64,000 nucleotides of DNA from Polyangiaceae bacterium. GTDB lineage: Bacteria > Myxococcota_A > Polyangia > Polyangiales > Polyangiaceae. Positions 62,783 to 64,000 of this stretch are shown piece by piece (position 1 is the stretch's first letter; each line of letters begins with the position of its first letter). The position numbers and the translations under genes are program-made. The DNA lies in assembly GCA_050287085.1 (NCBI GenBank), contig JBNKBE010000013.1, positions 1 to 64,000 on the forward strand, written 5' to 3'. The notes under the pieces are model-generated. The model did not search any database. It was not told the origin of the DNA and saw only the letters and a program-made list of their open reading frames with translations.

Positions 62783-62859
62783 TCCGAGATCGCCACGAGC
62801 CCCGACAAGCCGCCGCATCTGAAACCCGACTGGACTGATGGTTTGCGGTTGAGGTCAAG

Positions 62860-63384
62860 ATGAGGTACCCCCAAGGGGAGATGGTTGGATTGTTCGCCAA
62901 CACCTTGCGCGTGCTTGCGACCTGGTGGCTGCTCGCCGCCATGTTGCTCGGAGCTGTACGAACAGCAGACTCGAGCTGCGGCCGTGCGCCTGAGCACAGG
63001 TGTGAGGCCGCTTGTCCGTGCCTCGGCTCCAACCAAGTTGATACTGCGGTAGAGCGCGGTGTCGCCGCTGAGCGCGGTGTCGCCGCCGAGCGCGGTGTCG
63101 CCGCCAAGCGCGGTGTCGCCGCGAAGCGCGGTGCAGACAAGGCCCAGTACAGGCGCGATGCGCCCGCCTCCGAGCATCGCGCTTGCACCGATGGCTGTGC
63201 TCATTGCACCTGTTGCCGAAGTCCGTCCCTCGCCGTCTTGTCGCTGGTCTCCGCTGGCGTAGAGCCCAGTGCGAACCGCGCTTGGCCACTGCGGGCTCTC
63301 GCCCCAGCAGAGGCTCCCAGGGCGGGGATCTGCGAGGGCGTGTTTCGACCGCCACGTGGACCTTCGGCCCCAAGCCGAAGCTAA
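62860..63384 (+). CDS. Cys-rich small exported protein (DUF2946-like) with a 6-aa repeat
   Basis: Signal/TM, CEAACPC, CTDGCAHCTCC, FRPPR terminus. Confidence 0.6.
   Translation: MRYPQGEMVGLFANTLRVLATWWLLAAMLLGAVRTADSSCGRAPEHRCEAACPCLGSNQVDTAVERGVAAERGVAAERGVAAKRGVAAKRGADKAQYRRDAPASEHRACTDGCAHCTCCRSPSLAVLSLVSAGVEPSANRAWPLRALAPAEAPRAGICEGVFRPPRGPSAPSRS
63052..63133 (+). repeat. 18-bp tandem repeat x4.5 ((E/K)RGVAA)
   Basis: RAGCGCGGTGTCGCCGCN units start at 63052, 63070, 63088, 63106 and 63124. Confidence 0.9.
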
Positions 63385-63665
63385 AGGGCCCGCGGAGGGC
63401 AAAGTCATCCTACGCCGGACGACCCTCTTGCCGTGGCGGGTGGGCTCGTCGGCACTGCACTGCTCAAACGCACTGCACTGCTCAACGCATTGACCAACTC
63501 GCCGCACTGCTCAAACACGCCCGCGGACTGATGGCCGCGGACGCGATCGGCATTGCCGTGCTCTTCGCCCGCCCTGCACAGGAGCTTCGCACGCCGCGAC
63601 AGCTTGGCAAGCGCCAGCCGCCTTGGCCCGCCACCGCGCTGCCAGCCCGTCCCTACTCGCCACGC

Positions 63666-63713
63666 CCCGGTCGCTCAGAACCCGGTCGCTCAGAACCCGG
63701 TCGCTCAGAACCC
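63666..63713. repeat. 15-bp tandem repeat x3
   Basis: CCCGGTCGCTCAGAA x3. Confidence 0.9.
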
Positions 63714-63734
63714 CAGCCGCTCCAGGTGGTCCCC

Positions 63735-64000
63735 ATGTCTTCTATGCTCTGCTGCCCTCGACGACGATACGCCGTGTTCGCTGCCCCCCTTTGCTTAGGG
63801 CTCGCGGCCTGCGACACGGCCCCAACCCCTCCCGACGCGCATCCCGCGTACGCCGCCCCCACAGCCAGCGCCGATCGCCCAGCGCTGGCGCAGTCCGCTG
63901 CCGTGGTGACCGACTCTGAAAGCAACGCCGGAGCGCCCGCGAGCGACTGGTGTTTGGAACACGGCCTGCCAGAATCTCAATGCACCCGCTGCCACCCCGA
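63735..64000 (+). CDS. Lipoprotein with WCxEHGxPESxCxxCHP motif, probable metal-efflux adaptor N-terminus (partial)
   Basis: Manual translation MSSMLCC...LGLAACD...DWCLEHGLPESQCTRCHP; open to the window edge. Confidence 0.7.
   Translation, partial: MSSMLCCPRRRYAVFAAPLCLGLAACDTAPTPPDAHPAYAAPTASADRPALAQSAAVVTDSESNAGAPASDWCLEHGLPESQCTRCHP

Noticed and set aside
63452..63515. GCACTGCTCAA repeats as a regulatory array
   Set aside because: Irregular spacing and low complexity; more consistent with slippage duplications.

Overview
High-GC accessory region, probably from a myxobacterium (inferred from gene content: Cys-rich lipoproteins, DUF1566 protein, solitary groEL, CorSR/Cus-like module). Family assignments are by motif recognition, not database search. 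1-10.6 kb is a heavily decayed contractile-tail prophage (chaperone, tape measure, LysM/gpX, gpD/gpV/gp25 scraps, amidase endolysin, holin, terminase fragment) interleaved with cargo: an AbiE-type TA pair with a gutted toxin, a TipA-like MerR regulator and a TetR. 10.7-26 kb holds an orphan Imm33/Imm63 immunity array, a Fic gene preceded by five phased 22-bp palindromes, ArsR-SRPBCC-VOC, a second inverted terminase 3' end, an Rrf2 / Zn-macrodomain / class-M sirtuin cluster without GcvH-L/LplA, and assorted small resistance-type genes. 26-34 kb is a putative sigma54 operon SPFH-GroEL-M50/CBS-RelA/SpoT domain-GT4-GH130. 34-43 kb has two intact and one collapsed ECF42/DGPF module with four matching promoters. 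43-53 kb holds SMP-30, ArsR-SRPBCC, the arsenic cluster arsR-acr3-arsC-arsM-sigZ-like, an AlkC-like repair protein and a YwnB-like membrane fusion. 53-64 kb is a copper-type HK/sigma54 activator, cupredoxin and CusB/CusA efflux module. Many genes are 'collapsed' (5' and 3' ends kept, middle deleted). No rRNA, tRNA, CRISPR array, integrase or transposase was recognised.
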